34,473 nucleotides of DNA from a virus (lineage: Duplodnaviria; Caudoviricetes): the IMG/VR virus record IMGVR_UViG_3300044612_000089, positions 1 to 34,473 of that record; one strand, 5' to 3'. The notes beneath the pieces are model-generated. The model was not told the origin of the DNA. It did not search any database and worked only from the letters and a program-made list of their open reading frames with translations. Each line of letters starts with the position of its first letter. Position 1 is the stretch's first letter. The position numbers were made by a program, and so were the translations under genes. Of the stretch, positions 1 to 8,105 are shown in pieces.

Positions 1-127
1 CTTGTTGCTTCATAGCAAAGTAAGCCTGTTGTTTCTCACGCTCAAGCATCAACTTAGCAGCCTCTTTCTCACGCATTAACTGCATCTCAAGGCTTGCCTT
101 TTGTTGAGCCATCTGCATATCAATTTG
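1..127. repeat. Terminal direct repeat, left copy (127 bp, identical to 34347-34473); circular-assembly overlap
   Basis: cttgttgcttcatagc...gcatatcaatttg is identical at both ends. It lies inside the portal CDS, and 127 is a common assembler k-mer size. Confidence 0.95.
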
Positions 128-2056
128 CATTTGCTGTTGTTGCAATTGCATATCAGCTTGGGCTTTTTGTTGGTTAGCCTGAATCTCAGCCTGAGTCCTA
201 GCCATCAAAGCCTCAACCTCTGGAGGCATCTGTTGCTGTTGTGGAGGAGGATTAGACAATGCTTGATCTTGCTCTGGTGTGATCGCTTTGTAGAACTCAC
301 CAGAATCCTTAAACCCTGCCAACTCAACCATCCGACCTAAGGTAGAACGATACTGAGCAGGTGAGACATAAGGATTAGCAGGGCCATACTGGTTAATCAA
401 TTGCTCTTGTTTTGCAAGAACCATGTTCAGCATAGCCATTTGCTCTTGTCTGTTACCAGCACCCAAACCTACGTTAATCGCTACATCGTATTGATTAGCC
501 CATGTGCGAGGGTCAAACTCTACAAACTCACCACGCATACGCACCAAACGAGGCTTGTCTTGGTACTTACACAAGAGATGCAAGATACCTTTAAACAGAG
601 ACTTAACACCTGTCTCAGCAAACAATCGAGCCATCAGTTCAATCTTACCTGCACCAGCTTGTTGCATAGAAGCAACAGCAGCAGCAGTCACGTTCTGCAA
701 GATAGATGGGTCTAAACCCTGTGAAGCATCAGATACGCCAGTACGCTTAGACTGCATTGTGTCCAAGTACTGAAGCATTGGGAAAGCAGCAGTCGCTACG
801 TTCTGCACAACCAATTGAGATACAGCACCCTGAGACTTGGCACGAATAACACCACCTGCTGTAGATGTAAGCAAGTCGTCAAGGTTTACTTGACCCTCAA
901 CAGCGACTACTCGTGCATTGTTTGTCAGGTAAAGGTTATCCAGAATCTGACGAGTGATCGTAGTCTTGATTAGCTGAATGTCTGTGGTTCTGTCAGCAAG
1001 GGAGTTACCAAAGAACTTGTGTGGAATTGGAATAGGGCAGATTGAGTGGAAAGGAACGTAGTCCACTTCCTCGACCATCTCTTTACCCTTCTCATCTTGA
1101 AGAATCTCGTTAGATGCGTAGAACACCTGAACGAGTGAGGCAATACCCTTACCATTTACATCAGTCTTTACATAGCACTCAAAAACCTCAATCTCTTGCA
1201 TGGATGGGTCATCAGTCTGTACTTGGTAAGGTTGCTCACCAGCAGAGAAACGAGCCACACGCTCTGGAGTGTATGCAAGAGCATCATCCATTTGCAGACC
1301 TTCTACCTGCTTCTTGTTAAAACCCATAGCAACCAAGTCACTACGAGTCAGCATCTGTCTGTGGGCTACAAATGGGCTATCAGCAATGGTGCGAGCCTTC
1401 TTGCTAATCAGGAATTCCTCTGGAGGCACGTTCTCAATGCGAACCCGACCAACCATCTTCTTCTGCTGCACCATTACATTGTGAACAGCGTTAATAACTG
1501 GCATACCCATCGGGTCTATAACTGGCTGACCCATTTGGTCAAAGATGGGAAATTCTTCTGTGTCTTGCTCGACAATCTCCATTGTGTCGTCAGACATAAG
1601 CATTGCCAACTCATCGTTGGACAAGTTGAAGTAACGCTCTTTGGTGATATTTTCCTCGTCAGACCAGTATGCTTTAACTACTCCATTTTTCTGAAGCAGA
1701 GCATCCTTAAACCAATCATGCAGAATGGCTACACCTTCGTTGTCCCTATTGAATACCCAATTACAGTAATCAGTAGCTTGCTTGGCAGAGGCTTCATCTC
1801 TTGGGCCTTGTGGTTCAAAAACCACAATGTTATCTGAGCCTGTAAAGATGCGAACTAAAGAGGGTAGCGCACCATCAATTGCTTCGGCTACCTCACCTGT
1901 AACGATCTGAGACTTTCCCTCAACTTCATTCCCGTAAGGAGAACGTAAGTAAGCCTCTAGTGCTTGTTTGCGCTGCTCTACAGTCTCACTCTCAATAAAT
2001 CCGATAGAGTCGTCAATTTCTGCCTGTAGTATCGACTTCAAGTCGTTCGTTTCCAT
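1..2056 (-). CDS. Portal protein, 5' part (continues across the circular join to the stop at 34270; ~710 aa in total)
   Basis: Not in the ORF track. Hand translation from ATG 2056 gives METNDLKSILQAEIDDSIGFIESETVEQRKQALEAYLRSPYGNEVEGKSQIVTGEVAEAIDGALPSLVRIF...WFKDALLQKNGVVKAYW. It follows terL, has a Gln-rich coiled-coil C-terminus like a P22-type barrel, and is in frame with ORF 34270..34464. Confidence 0.92.
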   Translation of the reverse strand, partial: METNDLKSILQAEIDDSIGFIESETVEQRKQALEAYLRSPYGNEVEGKSQIVTGEVAEAIDGALPSLVRIFTGSDNIVVFEPQGPRDEASAKQATDYCNWVFNRDNEGVAILHDWFKDALLQKNGVVKAYWSDEENITKERYFNLSNDELAMLMSDDTMEIVEQDTEEFPIFDQMGQPVIDPMGMPVINAVHNVMVQQKKMVGRVRIENVPPEEFLISKKARTIADSPFVAHRQMLTRSDLVAMGFNKKQVEGLQMDDALAYTPERVARFSAGEQPYQVQTDDPSMQEIEVFECYVKTDVNGKGIASLVQVFYASNEILQDEKGKEMVEEVDYVPFHSICPIPIPHKFFGNSLADRTTDIQLIKTTITRQILDNLYLTNNARVVAVEGQVNLDDLLTSTAGGVIRAKSQGAVSQLVVQNVATAAFPMLQYLDTMQSKRTGVSDASQGLDPSILQNVTAAAVASMQQAGAGKIELMARLFAETGVKSLFKGILHLLCKYQDKPRLVRMRGEFVEFDPRTWANQYDVAINVGLGAGNRQEQMAMLNMVLAKQEQLINQYGPANPYVSPAQYRSTLGRMVELAGFKDSGEFYKAITPEQDQALSNPPPQQQQMPPEVEALMARTQAEIQANQQKAQADMQLQQQQMQIDMQMAQQKASLEMQLMREKEAAKLMLEREKQQAYFAMKQQ

Positions 2057-2195
2057 GTGCATCCTTTGGAGGGCGACCTAGTTTCGGTCTTGTCGGTAAT
2101 TGTAATGCTTTTACCACATTTTCTAACATTTCAAGACGAGTTTCAAGTTCTTTTATCTTTGGGGCAAGATTGACCCCTTGGCGTTCTACATACAT
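2013..2195 (-). CDS. Small coiled-coil protein with an AT-hook-like GRPPK motif
   Basis: ATG overlaps the terL stop (TAATG); MYVERQGVNLAPKIKELETRLEMLE...KLGRPPK. Confidence 0.6.
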   Translation of the reverse strand: MYVERQGVNLAPKIKELETRLEMLENVVKALQLPTRPKLGRPPKDAHGNERLEVDTTGRN

Positions 2196-3463
2196 TACAC
2201 AATCCATTTCGGTGCTTTGTTAATCGGCTTAGACCAAGTGCTATGACCTTCATCAAGTCCAAGGGCTAAGTATCTGAAACTGTCACTTCCATGACTAGAC
2301 CAATCGTGTAGTGGTCTTTCATAGAATATCTTACGCTTCTCATCGTAGTCTCTGCGGTAGTTTCTCAGGCAATTCAGTCCTATTTGTACCTTTGGCACGT
2401 TAAACCAACACCTCGGCAAGATACGCCTTACAGCCTGAATACCATCATCTAGGCTCATTCTGGGTGCTATTTTGATCTCTAGGCCAGCTTCCTCAAGCAT
2501 CTCTAGTCTGCTCTTACCTGTGCCTAACTCCCTAACCCTAACGTCATGGGGCAAGATGTGTTCTGCTTTAGAGTAGTCGTTATCCTTAATCCACTTCACA
2601 TAGTGGTCTAAGCCTACCCCATGATTCTCGTAGTAGTCGATCAATCTGATCTCTGTACCTACTAGTTGGGCTACCCAGATAGACGTAGAGTCACCCATAC
2701 CCAAGTCCCAAGCTGTAAAGGTTCTGCTAAGTTCCTCCCAAGGAATCTCTTGCATATGCTTCTTATCTTCTAACTCGTTAAGAATTTGCCCGTAGTACGA
2801 ACCCTCTACAGCAGCGTCAAAACTACACTCAAACTCTTGGCGGTATTTATCCTCACCCATCTCATTGCGAGCCGCCTTCAGTTCTGTGTCATCTACTACA
2901 CCTGTCTCAGAGGCTTTGAACTCTAGCAAACCCCAACCATCCTCTTTTTCTGCTCTGTCTCGCAGTTCTTTGAAGTGGTTGTGTCCCTTTGGAGTCCCAA
3001 TAAATAAGCACCATCCTTTGCGGTCTGTCAGGGCAGGGCGAACGATATCAGTCCATATCTTAGGGTTCTGATCGCCTACCTCGTCTAGGATGACCCCATC
3101 AAACCATTGTCCACGCAAGGAATCAGGATTGTCAGAACCATAAAGTTGAATCCTTCTACTTCCTAAAAAATCAACTCTTAGCTCTGAAATATTGTTTATT
3201 GCCTCTAGTGGCTCAACATATTTAATCAAGTAATCCCAAGCAACACGCTTTGCTTGCCCATAAGTTGGAGCAATGTAGGCATATCTAGCCATGTCATGCT
3301 GATTGTTGACAGCTTCCATAATCAAATGGTTTAAAGCTGAAACTGTCTTACCAAACCTTCGATGTGCGACAACTACACCAAAACGCTTTTCTCCAAGCAT
3401 TTCATGTATTTTTATCTGATGCTCTCTTGGTTTGTAATCAATCTGGACTTCTACTTCTTCCAT
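2195..3463 (-). CDS. terL: Terminase large subunit
   Basis: Walker A-like AHRRFGKT, YIAPTYGQAK, LRG...ILDE Walker B, GTPKG coupling motif, and an RNase H-like nuclease (AWDLG...HDWSSHGSDSFRY). Confidence 0.97.
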   Translation of the reverse strand: MEEVEVQIDYKPREHQIKIHEMLGEKRFGVVVAHRRFGKTVSALNHLIMEAVNNQHDMARYAYIAPTYGQAKRVAWDYLIKYVEPLEAINNISELRVDFLGSRRIQLYGSDNPDSLRGQWFDGVILDEVGDQNPKIWTDIVRPALTDRKGWCLFIGTPKGHNHFKELRDRAEKEDGWGLLEFKASETGVVDDTELKAARNEMGEDKYRQEFECSFDAAVEGSYYGQILNELEDKKHMQEIPWEELSRTFTAWDLGMGDSTSIWVAQLVGTEIRLIDYYENHGVGLDHYVKWIKDNDYSKAEHILPHDVRVRELGTGKSRLEMLEEAGLEIKIAPRMSLDDGIQAVRRILPRCWFNVPKVQIGLNCLRNYRRDYDEKRKIFYERPLHDWSSHGSDSFRYLALGLDEGHSTWSKPINKAPKWIV

Positions 3464-3753
3464 GTGACTACCATTTTCAAAGGCTTCTCAATATCACTAC
3501 CAACCTCAATAGCGGAAAGTCTTGGATGAATATATGGGGCAGCATCTTTAGCAACCCTTACAGCCGCCTCTTTGTCGCCATTTTGATAGAAGTCAATCAT
3601 TGACTCAATCATCACTTCCAACGGTGTTAAACCCATCTCAGCGCACTTTTCTGCAATTTCTCTAGTCTTAGTAGTAACGCTTCCTACTTTTCGACCAGCA
3701 TTTGCCCTAGCACCACCTCGAGATGATTTAGTTTGATTATTTTCATTTGTCAT
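3451..3753 (-). CDS. terS: Terminase small subunit
   Basis: RGGARANAGRKVGS N-terminus, TPLEVM and AAPYIHPRL; directly upstream of and overlapping terL. Confidence 0.8.
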   Translation of the reverse strand: MTNENNQTKSSRGGARANAGRKVGSVTTKTREIAEKCAEMGLTPLEVMIESMIDFYQNGDKEAAVRVAKDAAPYIHPRLSAIEVGSDIEKPLKMVVTWKK

Positions 3754-4258
3754 TTGTATGACCCCTTATGTATCTAGCAATTGCCTCAAATACTTCTGGA
3801 TTGTCGCAATCTGACTTTAGCCTATTTGCTTTCCACGATATTACACGAACATTTCCTTTGATGTAACCTTTTGTATTAACAACTTTATCAAGTGTAGGGG
3901 TTGAGTCACTTTTATGACCATTTCCTTTTGAAGATAAAGTGATACCAAGAACGCAACACTTCTCAGGAATTGCACAATCCTCAACCTCAAGGTCAAATGG
4001 AATGTTTGATTTTTTTGCTCTGCTTCGAGCTTCAATCCAAATTGTTCTAGCTGGATTTTTATAGTATCTGACCTTACGCCACTCAACCCATGCTGGCTCT
4101 TGTCCATAAGATCTCATGCAAGGCTTACAGTAACTTCCCCTACCAGTAAGGGATGATTTGTTTAAATAAAAATCAAGTGGGTTTTTATAAGTTTTACATC
4201 TTGAACAATGATGTAACTCAACCCCATCGTTAACAATTACTCGCTGTTTTCGCTTCAT
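3743..4258 (-). CDS. HNH-type (His-Me finger) homing endonuclease with N-terminal Zn finger
   Basis: CSRC...YCKPC Zn finger; C-terminal PTLDKVVNTKGYIKGNVRVISWKANRLK; AT-rich. Confidence 0.8.
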   Translation of the reverse strand: MKRKQRVIVNDGVELHHCSRCKTYKNPLDFYLNKSSLTGRGSYCKPCMRSYGQEPAWVEWRKVRYYKNPARTIWIEARSRAKKSNIPFDLEVEDCAIPEKCCVLGITLSSKGNGHKSDSTPTLDKVVNTKGYIKGNVRVISWKANRLKSDCDNPEVFEAIARYIRGHTNDK

Positions 4259-4346
4259 TCACATTCCTTTCGGTTTGTGAATATTTTATCATAATATTTT
4301 GATAAATATTAAAAGCCATTTTGTTTGACTCCTCTAGGGTTGGTCA
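4258..4346 (-). promoter_or_regulatory. Two RBS-containing hairpins and an extended -10 (TGATAAAAT) upstream of HNH/terS
   Basis: Minus strand: TTGAC-CAACCCTAGAGGA-GTCAA ahead of ATG 4319, and ATTCACA-AACCGAAAGGAA-TGTGAAT ahead of ATG 4258. Confidence 0.5.
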
Positions 4347-4361
4347 AGGTTAAGTTAGTAA

Positions 4362-6161
4362 TTACTGACCTAGTAGTGACGGCATAAGTTCATAGAGTTT
4401 CTTACGCTGTTCTTCGTCTGCTAGTAGTCCTAATGGTAGCACACCAGCAAGAATGTCTGCTTCGTTTCTACGCATTGGGTCAAAGGCAGCGAATCTACTT
4501 CTAACTTGGCTAGGCTCTAACAGTACATAACCAGTCTGGTCTGCAAACTCTGTGTATGGCGAGCCTTCTTTTGCTCTAATCATTAACGAGTCATAGCCTT
4601 GCTCTTTAAGCCTTTGACGATATGGCTCAACATCAGAGACTCTTGGAACTTCTGTTGCACCAAGTGCTTTATTGGTTGACAGATTACTGGCTGTTCTAGC
4701 CATTTGCTCAAATGATGTTGTTTTTGGGTTTTCCATGCGTAACAGCAATGGATAGATAGCACCTTGGCTTCCTGAGTACATTCCTGCACCCAATTCATCA
4801 GGTCTATCAGATGCCCATATTCCCATCTGGTCAATGGATGGCTTACGACCGACAATCTCAGTAGAAGCTAGACGATTAAATGCCTGAATGTCGCCTAGTT
4901 TGCGACCATCTTCAGCTTCCCAGACTGTTGTTCCATGATAAGCAGGAACATTGTGACCCATAGCCTCTGCCCTCATCTCAGGCGTATTGTCTTTAGGAAG
5001 TCCTAGACCACCTTCCTCAACAGGCAATGCAGCATTTCTTTGGGCTTTATCTAGTGCTTCTTGTCTTGGTGCTGATTTTTTAGGCAATTCGTCAAGTAGA
5101 CTTCTTGAAAAACCAAAGTCTAGCTTTTTAGGCAAACTTGCATCTAATTCACTAATTGGCACATCATAAGAACTCAATGGGAAAAGTTTACGCCTTTCTT
5201 CCATTGATAGATTTCTTCTTGCTTGAACAGCACGAGCCTCTGCTTCTCCTGCCGCCCTTAAATATCTTTGAAAGTCTTTTTCATCACCAGATATAAATCC
5301 AGAGCCAGCCGCCATACCTTCACGATTCTGGACTTGGTGTTGCATCTCATGGACTAAAGCAGACTTAATTTCTTCGTCTGTTGGGCCATAAGCCTCAATA
5401 AACCTACCTTCATCACCATATTCAGCAGAACCTGCTGTTTTAGGTTTTATCCCAATTTCAGTATTGACTTTCTTTAAGAAAGGATAAGCATCATATAACT
5501 CTGGATGTGCCATTACTCGTGAGGCATTTCCTTCTGTTACAGGTAAAAATATAGGATTACCTTCTCGGTCTAAACCTATGTTTTCACTTCTTAATTCAAT
5601 GTTTTGGTCACTTATTTCTTGTCGCCACTTACCATCTGGGCTTTTAAAAGTACCAGTTTTCTCCCAAATTGCTTCAGCAGATTCACCCTTTTTTTCTAAT
5701 TTCTTGGCTAACTCAGCAGCATCCTTATCCCATGCTCTTGACTTAGAACCAATGAAAATTTTACTTGTAGTGCCTTGCGCTAAATCTTGAAGCAGTCCAG
5801 CAGGTAAACCACCACGCTCCATAATCTGTGGTACTACTCTTTCAGCATAACGCTCACCTGCACGACCAACAGCCATAGCCGCCCTATTTGCACCTGATGC
5901 TACTGGCACTAACAAAGGTGCGGCTTGACCCAACAAACCTAGAGCAAACGCTGGTTCTGCGGCTTTTCTAATCTTTTCGTAATCAGGATTTAGAACACTA
6001 AACCCCATCTGGTCAGGAGCAGTTCCTAACAAACCTTGGACAATTGCATAAGTGCGAGGGTCTGCCAATGTGTTGACATCTCTCTGTCCTGCCAAGGCTC
6101 TAGCCCTAGCACCTTGACGCTGTATGTTTGGATTACCAAAAAATGCGCCAAGTTCAGCCAT
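4362..6161 (-). CDS. Polyvalent protein: LPD23-like/zincin domain plus ADP-ribosyltransferase-like (ART-PolyVal) domain
   Basis: IWEKTG..KSPDGKWRQEISD, HPELYDAYP, HEMQH (HExxH) and GEAEARAVQAR; then AYHGT...AGMY...IYPLLLRMENP...GYDSL...PSQVRSRFAAFDP. Confidence 0.75.
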   Translation of the reverse strand: MAELGAFFGNPNIQRQGARARALAGQRDVNTLADPRTYAIVQGLLGTAPDQMGFSVLNPDYEKIRKAAEPAFALGLLGQAAPLLVPVASGANRAAMAVGRAGERYAERVVPQIMERGGLPAGLLQDLAQGTTSKIFIGSKSRAWDKDAAELAKKLEKKGESAEAIWEKTGTFKSPDGKWRQEISDQNIELRSENIGLDREGNPIFLPVTEGNASRVMAHPELYDAYPFLKKVNTEIGIKPKTAGSAEYGDEGRFIEAYGPTDEEIKSALVHEMQHQVQNREGMAAGSGFISGDEKDFQRYLRAAGEAEARAVQARRNLSMEERRKLFPLSSYDVPISELDASLPKKLDFGFSRSLLDELPKKSAPRQEALDKAQRNAALPVEEGGLGLPKDNTPEMRAEAMGHNVPAYHGTTVWEAEDGRKLGDIQAFNRLASTEIVGRKPSIDQMGIWASDRPDELGAGMYSGSQGAIYPLLLRMENPKTTSFEQMARTASNLSTNKALGATEVPRVSDVEPYRQRLKEQGYDSLMIRAKEGSPYTEFADQTGYVLLEPSQVRSRFAAFDPMRRNEADILAGVLPLGLLADEEQRKKLYELMPSLLGQ

Positions 6162-6325
6162 TACTTCATCCTGCCCATCTTCTTAGCAGCTTCGCTCATA
6201 GCGATGGCTAGGGCTTGGTCACGGCTCTTGACAACCTTGCCACCCTTACCAGAGTGCAGAGTGCCTTCTTTGTATTCACCCATGACCTTGCCAACTTTTT
6301 TCTGACCAGCTTTTGTCATTTTCAT
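6161..6325 (-). CDS. Small basic protein (DUF6496-like), 54 aa
   Basis: Hand translation: MKMTKAGQKKVGKVMGEYKEGTLHSGKGGKVVKSRDQALAIAMSEAAKKMGRMK. TAATG coupling to the next gene. Confidence 0.8.
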   Translation of the reverse strand: MKMTKAGQKKVGKVMGEYKEGTLHSGKGGKVVKSRDQALAIAMSEAAKKMGRMK

Positions 6326-6330
6326 GTTGC

Positions 6331-6582
6331 TCACCATTTAACTTTGTTTGCCCAAAACGCTGCACTCATCTTGCCCTTGGCAATGTTCTCAGCATGACGA
6401 GCCTTGAACGCTTCGTTACGCTTCGTGCCATCAGCAGAACCTTTTACGCCTTGCTGACCAAAACGAATCAGCTTTACATCCTCACCAGACTTCGCTAAAA
6501 CAGCGTGAGACTTGGTTGGATGGTTAGGAGTTCTCTTAGGCTTGTTATAGCCAGAAAACTGCTCTGAGCCTCGCTTAATCAT
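6331..6582 (-). CDS. Small basic phage protein
   Basis: GYNKPKRTPNHPTKSHAVLAK..IRFGQQG..FKARH..SAAFWANKVKW; ATGA overlap with the upstream gene. Confidence 0.8.
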   Translation of the reverse strand: MIKRGSEQFSGYNKPKRTPNHPTKSHAVLAKSGEDVKLIRFGQQGVKGSADGTKRNEAFKARHAENIAKGKMSAAFWANKVKW

Positions 6583-6734
6583 TTCTTTTTAGCAGTCTTA
6601 GCTGCTTGCTTAAACGCATCCGCAGTTGGCGCACCCTTCGAGCCAACTTTACGCATACGCTCTGGAGTCTTTCCAGCAGCCTTTTGAGCCTCGATACGAT
6701 CACGCTTTTTGCGGATGTTCTCATAGAGGCTCAT
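6579..6734 (-). CDS. Small basic protein, 51 aa
   Basis: Hand translation: MSLYENIRKKRDRIEAQKAAGKTPERMRKVGSKGAPTADAFKQAAKTAKKK; ATGA overlaps on both sides. Confidence 0.75.
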   Translation of the reverse strand: MSLYENIRKKRDRIEAQKAAGKTPERMRKVGSKGAPTADAFKQAAKTAKKK

Positions 6735-6856
6735 TTTTTAGGCTTCTTTGCTTTGTTCTTTGCAGTACGCTCACCACGCACAGGCATTGGTTTAGGTTTC
6801 TTCTGCATCAACTTCTGCATCATTTCCAACGCTTGCTGATTTGTCGTTCCCATCAT
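6731..6856 (-). CDS. Small Lys-rich protein, 41 aa
   Basis: MMGTTNQQALEMMQKLMQKKPKPMPVRGERTAKNKAKKPKK; GAGGA RBS; ATGA coupling to the next gene. Confidence 0.6.
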   Translation of the reverse strand: MMGTTNQQALEMMQKLMQKKPKPMPVRGERTAKNKAKKPKK

Positions 6857-7298
6857 ATTCATCCTCAGTTATTGGCCCACCTGCAATCCATGCCTCACAA
6901 GTTCTCTTGGAAGCACACTTAAAATCGAACACTTCGCAGTAACCTAAGTCACCAGCGTCAATCACTTCCCAAGCATCCATCTCCTCGCCATTCATCTCCA
7001 AACCTGACTCAATACAAGCAAGCATCTTGGGGGTTTGGATAAAGGCTGAACAGTTACCACAGCGAGACTTCTTAGCCTGAACTGGTGAGTTTCTCCAAGT
7101 CTTACTGATCTCACGCCAGTAATCCATGTTGGCTTCGTTGGGGTTCATTGGGCCATAGTTAGCCTTGTCGATAGCCTTCTGACGATTCTCAAGATTGACC
7201 TCTACATCACCTGTAGCAACAGGACAAGCCTTGCCACTTTTCTCTTGGCTTTGTATCTCAATTTCAATCTTAACGGATGGTTCTAGCAAGCCTGTCAT
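6792..7298 (-). CDS. Cys-rich protein with a HiPIP-like metal-binding motif; first gene of the late operon
   Basis: CGNCSAF...GYCEVFDFKCASKRTCEAW; GAGGA RBS ahead of ATG 7298. Confidence 0.65.
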   Translation of the reverse strand: MTGLLEPSVKIEIEIQSQEKSGKACPVATGDVEVNLENRQKAIDKANYGPMNPNEANMDYWREISKTWRNSPVQAKKSRCGNCSAFIQTPKMLACIESGLEMNGEEMDAWEVIDAGDLGYCEVFDFKCASKRTCEAWIAGGPITEDEYDGNDKSASVGNDAEVDAEET

Positions 7299-7321
7299 GG
7301 CAATCCTCATGGAGTTTGTTC

Positions 7322-7330
7322 ATTATCCCA
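7322..7330 (-). promoter_or_regulatory. Extended -10 promoter (TGGGATAAT) for the late/packaging operon
   Basis: TGn+GATAAT immediately after the terminator, about 24 nt before ATG 7298. Confidence 0.45.
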
Positions 7331-7331
7331 T

Positions 7332-7358
7332 AAAAAAAAAGAGAGAACAAGTCTCTCT
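7332..7358 (-). terminator. Rho-independent terminator ending the early/middle operon
   Basis: Minus strand GAGAGA-CTTGT-TCTCTC followed by T9. Confidence 0.75.
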
Positions 7359-7381
7359 AAAACTCATGGCAACGAGTGCCT

Positions 7382-7639
7382 CTATCCTATCAACTTTCTC
7401 AGGGTTTCGTTTAAAACTGACATTTCTGTGTGTTTATAAACTGACCAGATTCTTGCTTGTCCATGAATTCCATTATGGCTACCCTGATGGCAGTCCTTAC
7501 ATAGCGGAATACAAAGATACTGCTGATGCTGCTCAATATGGTGAGCATCTGATGGCCCTGACTGACCACAGACCCCACAAGGCATCTCTTTAACCCTTGC
7601 AAGGTGTAGTCTTTCTTTATTGCTGAACCTGTTGTTCAT
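7382..7639 (-). CDS. Ref/DUF968-like small HNH nuclease
   Basis: MNNRFSNKERLHLARVKEMPCGVCG...DAHH...IPLCKDCHQG..GIHG. Confidence 0.75.
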   Translation of the reverse strand: MNNRFSNKERLHLARVKEMPCGVCGQSGPSDAHHIEQHQQYLCIPLCKDCHQGSHNGIHGQARIWSVYKHTEMSVLNETLRKLIG

Positions 7640-8105
7640 TTTGGAACTTTTGTAGTAAAAATGACCAAACAGCACCACCAGCAACTTTGGCTGAAAATTG
7701 AAGTGCAACAATTTCAGGCATCAAAACACCAAAGGCAATAGTTGGGAAAAGCAAAGAGTCAACGGCAGCACCAGCAGTATTTGAGTAATTTGCTCGTTTT
7801 ATCCAAGTTCCTCTGCTTTTGAAAAATACTGCCCAATCAACCAAAGACGCTACCAAGAACGAAACCGCAGAAGCTACTGCAATCATTCCAGCGGCAGGGT
7901 TTAGCAAATAGGTTAAAGCACCTGTTCCCAATATCAAACCTCCCATTTGCCATGTTTTAAGTCTTACATGAAGCCAATCTCTAAGTGTTAGATCAAGACC
8001 TATTAAGAAAAAAGCATTTAATGGACTAATTGCTGGCCCAAATGTAGCTACTAAAAGGTTTGCGGCAACCATTGCCACCGCATATGTAATTAAAGCAAAA
8101 ATCAT
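7617..8105 (-). CDS. yhhQ: VUT/YhhQ-family membrane protein (queuosine-precursor preQ0/preQ1 transporter-like)
   Basis: About 5-6 TM helices; AANLLV, LDLTLRDWLH, IAVASAVSFLVASLVDWAVF and SNTAGAAVDSLLFPTIAFG match Vut_1 patterns. ATGA-coupled to the upstream gene. Confidence 0.85.
   Translation of the reverse strand: MIFALITYAVAMVAANLLVATFGPAISPLNAFFLIGLDLTLRDWLHVRLKTWQMGGLILGTGALTYLLNPAAGMIAVASAVSFLVASLVDWAVFFKSRGTWIKRANYSNTAGAAVDSLLFPTIAFGVLMPEIVALQFSAKVAGGAVWSFLLQKFQNEQQVQQ

Noticed and set aside
1-127. Biological terminal repeat (T7-like DTR) or att site
   Set aside because: It lies mid-gene and is exactly 127 bp, which fits an assembler k-mer overlap better.
101-1837. Several + strand ORFs (up to 213 aa) and the - strand ORF 970..1155
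   Set aside because: Antisense or off-frame shadows of the portal gene, which the ORF track missed because it runs off the window edge.
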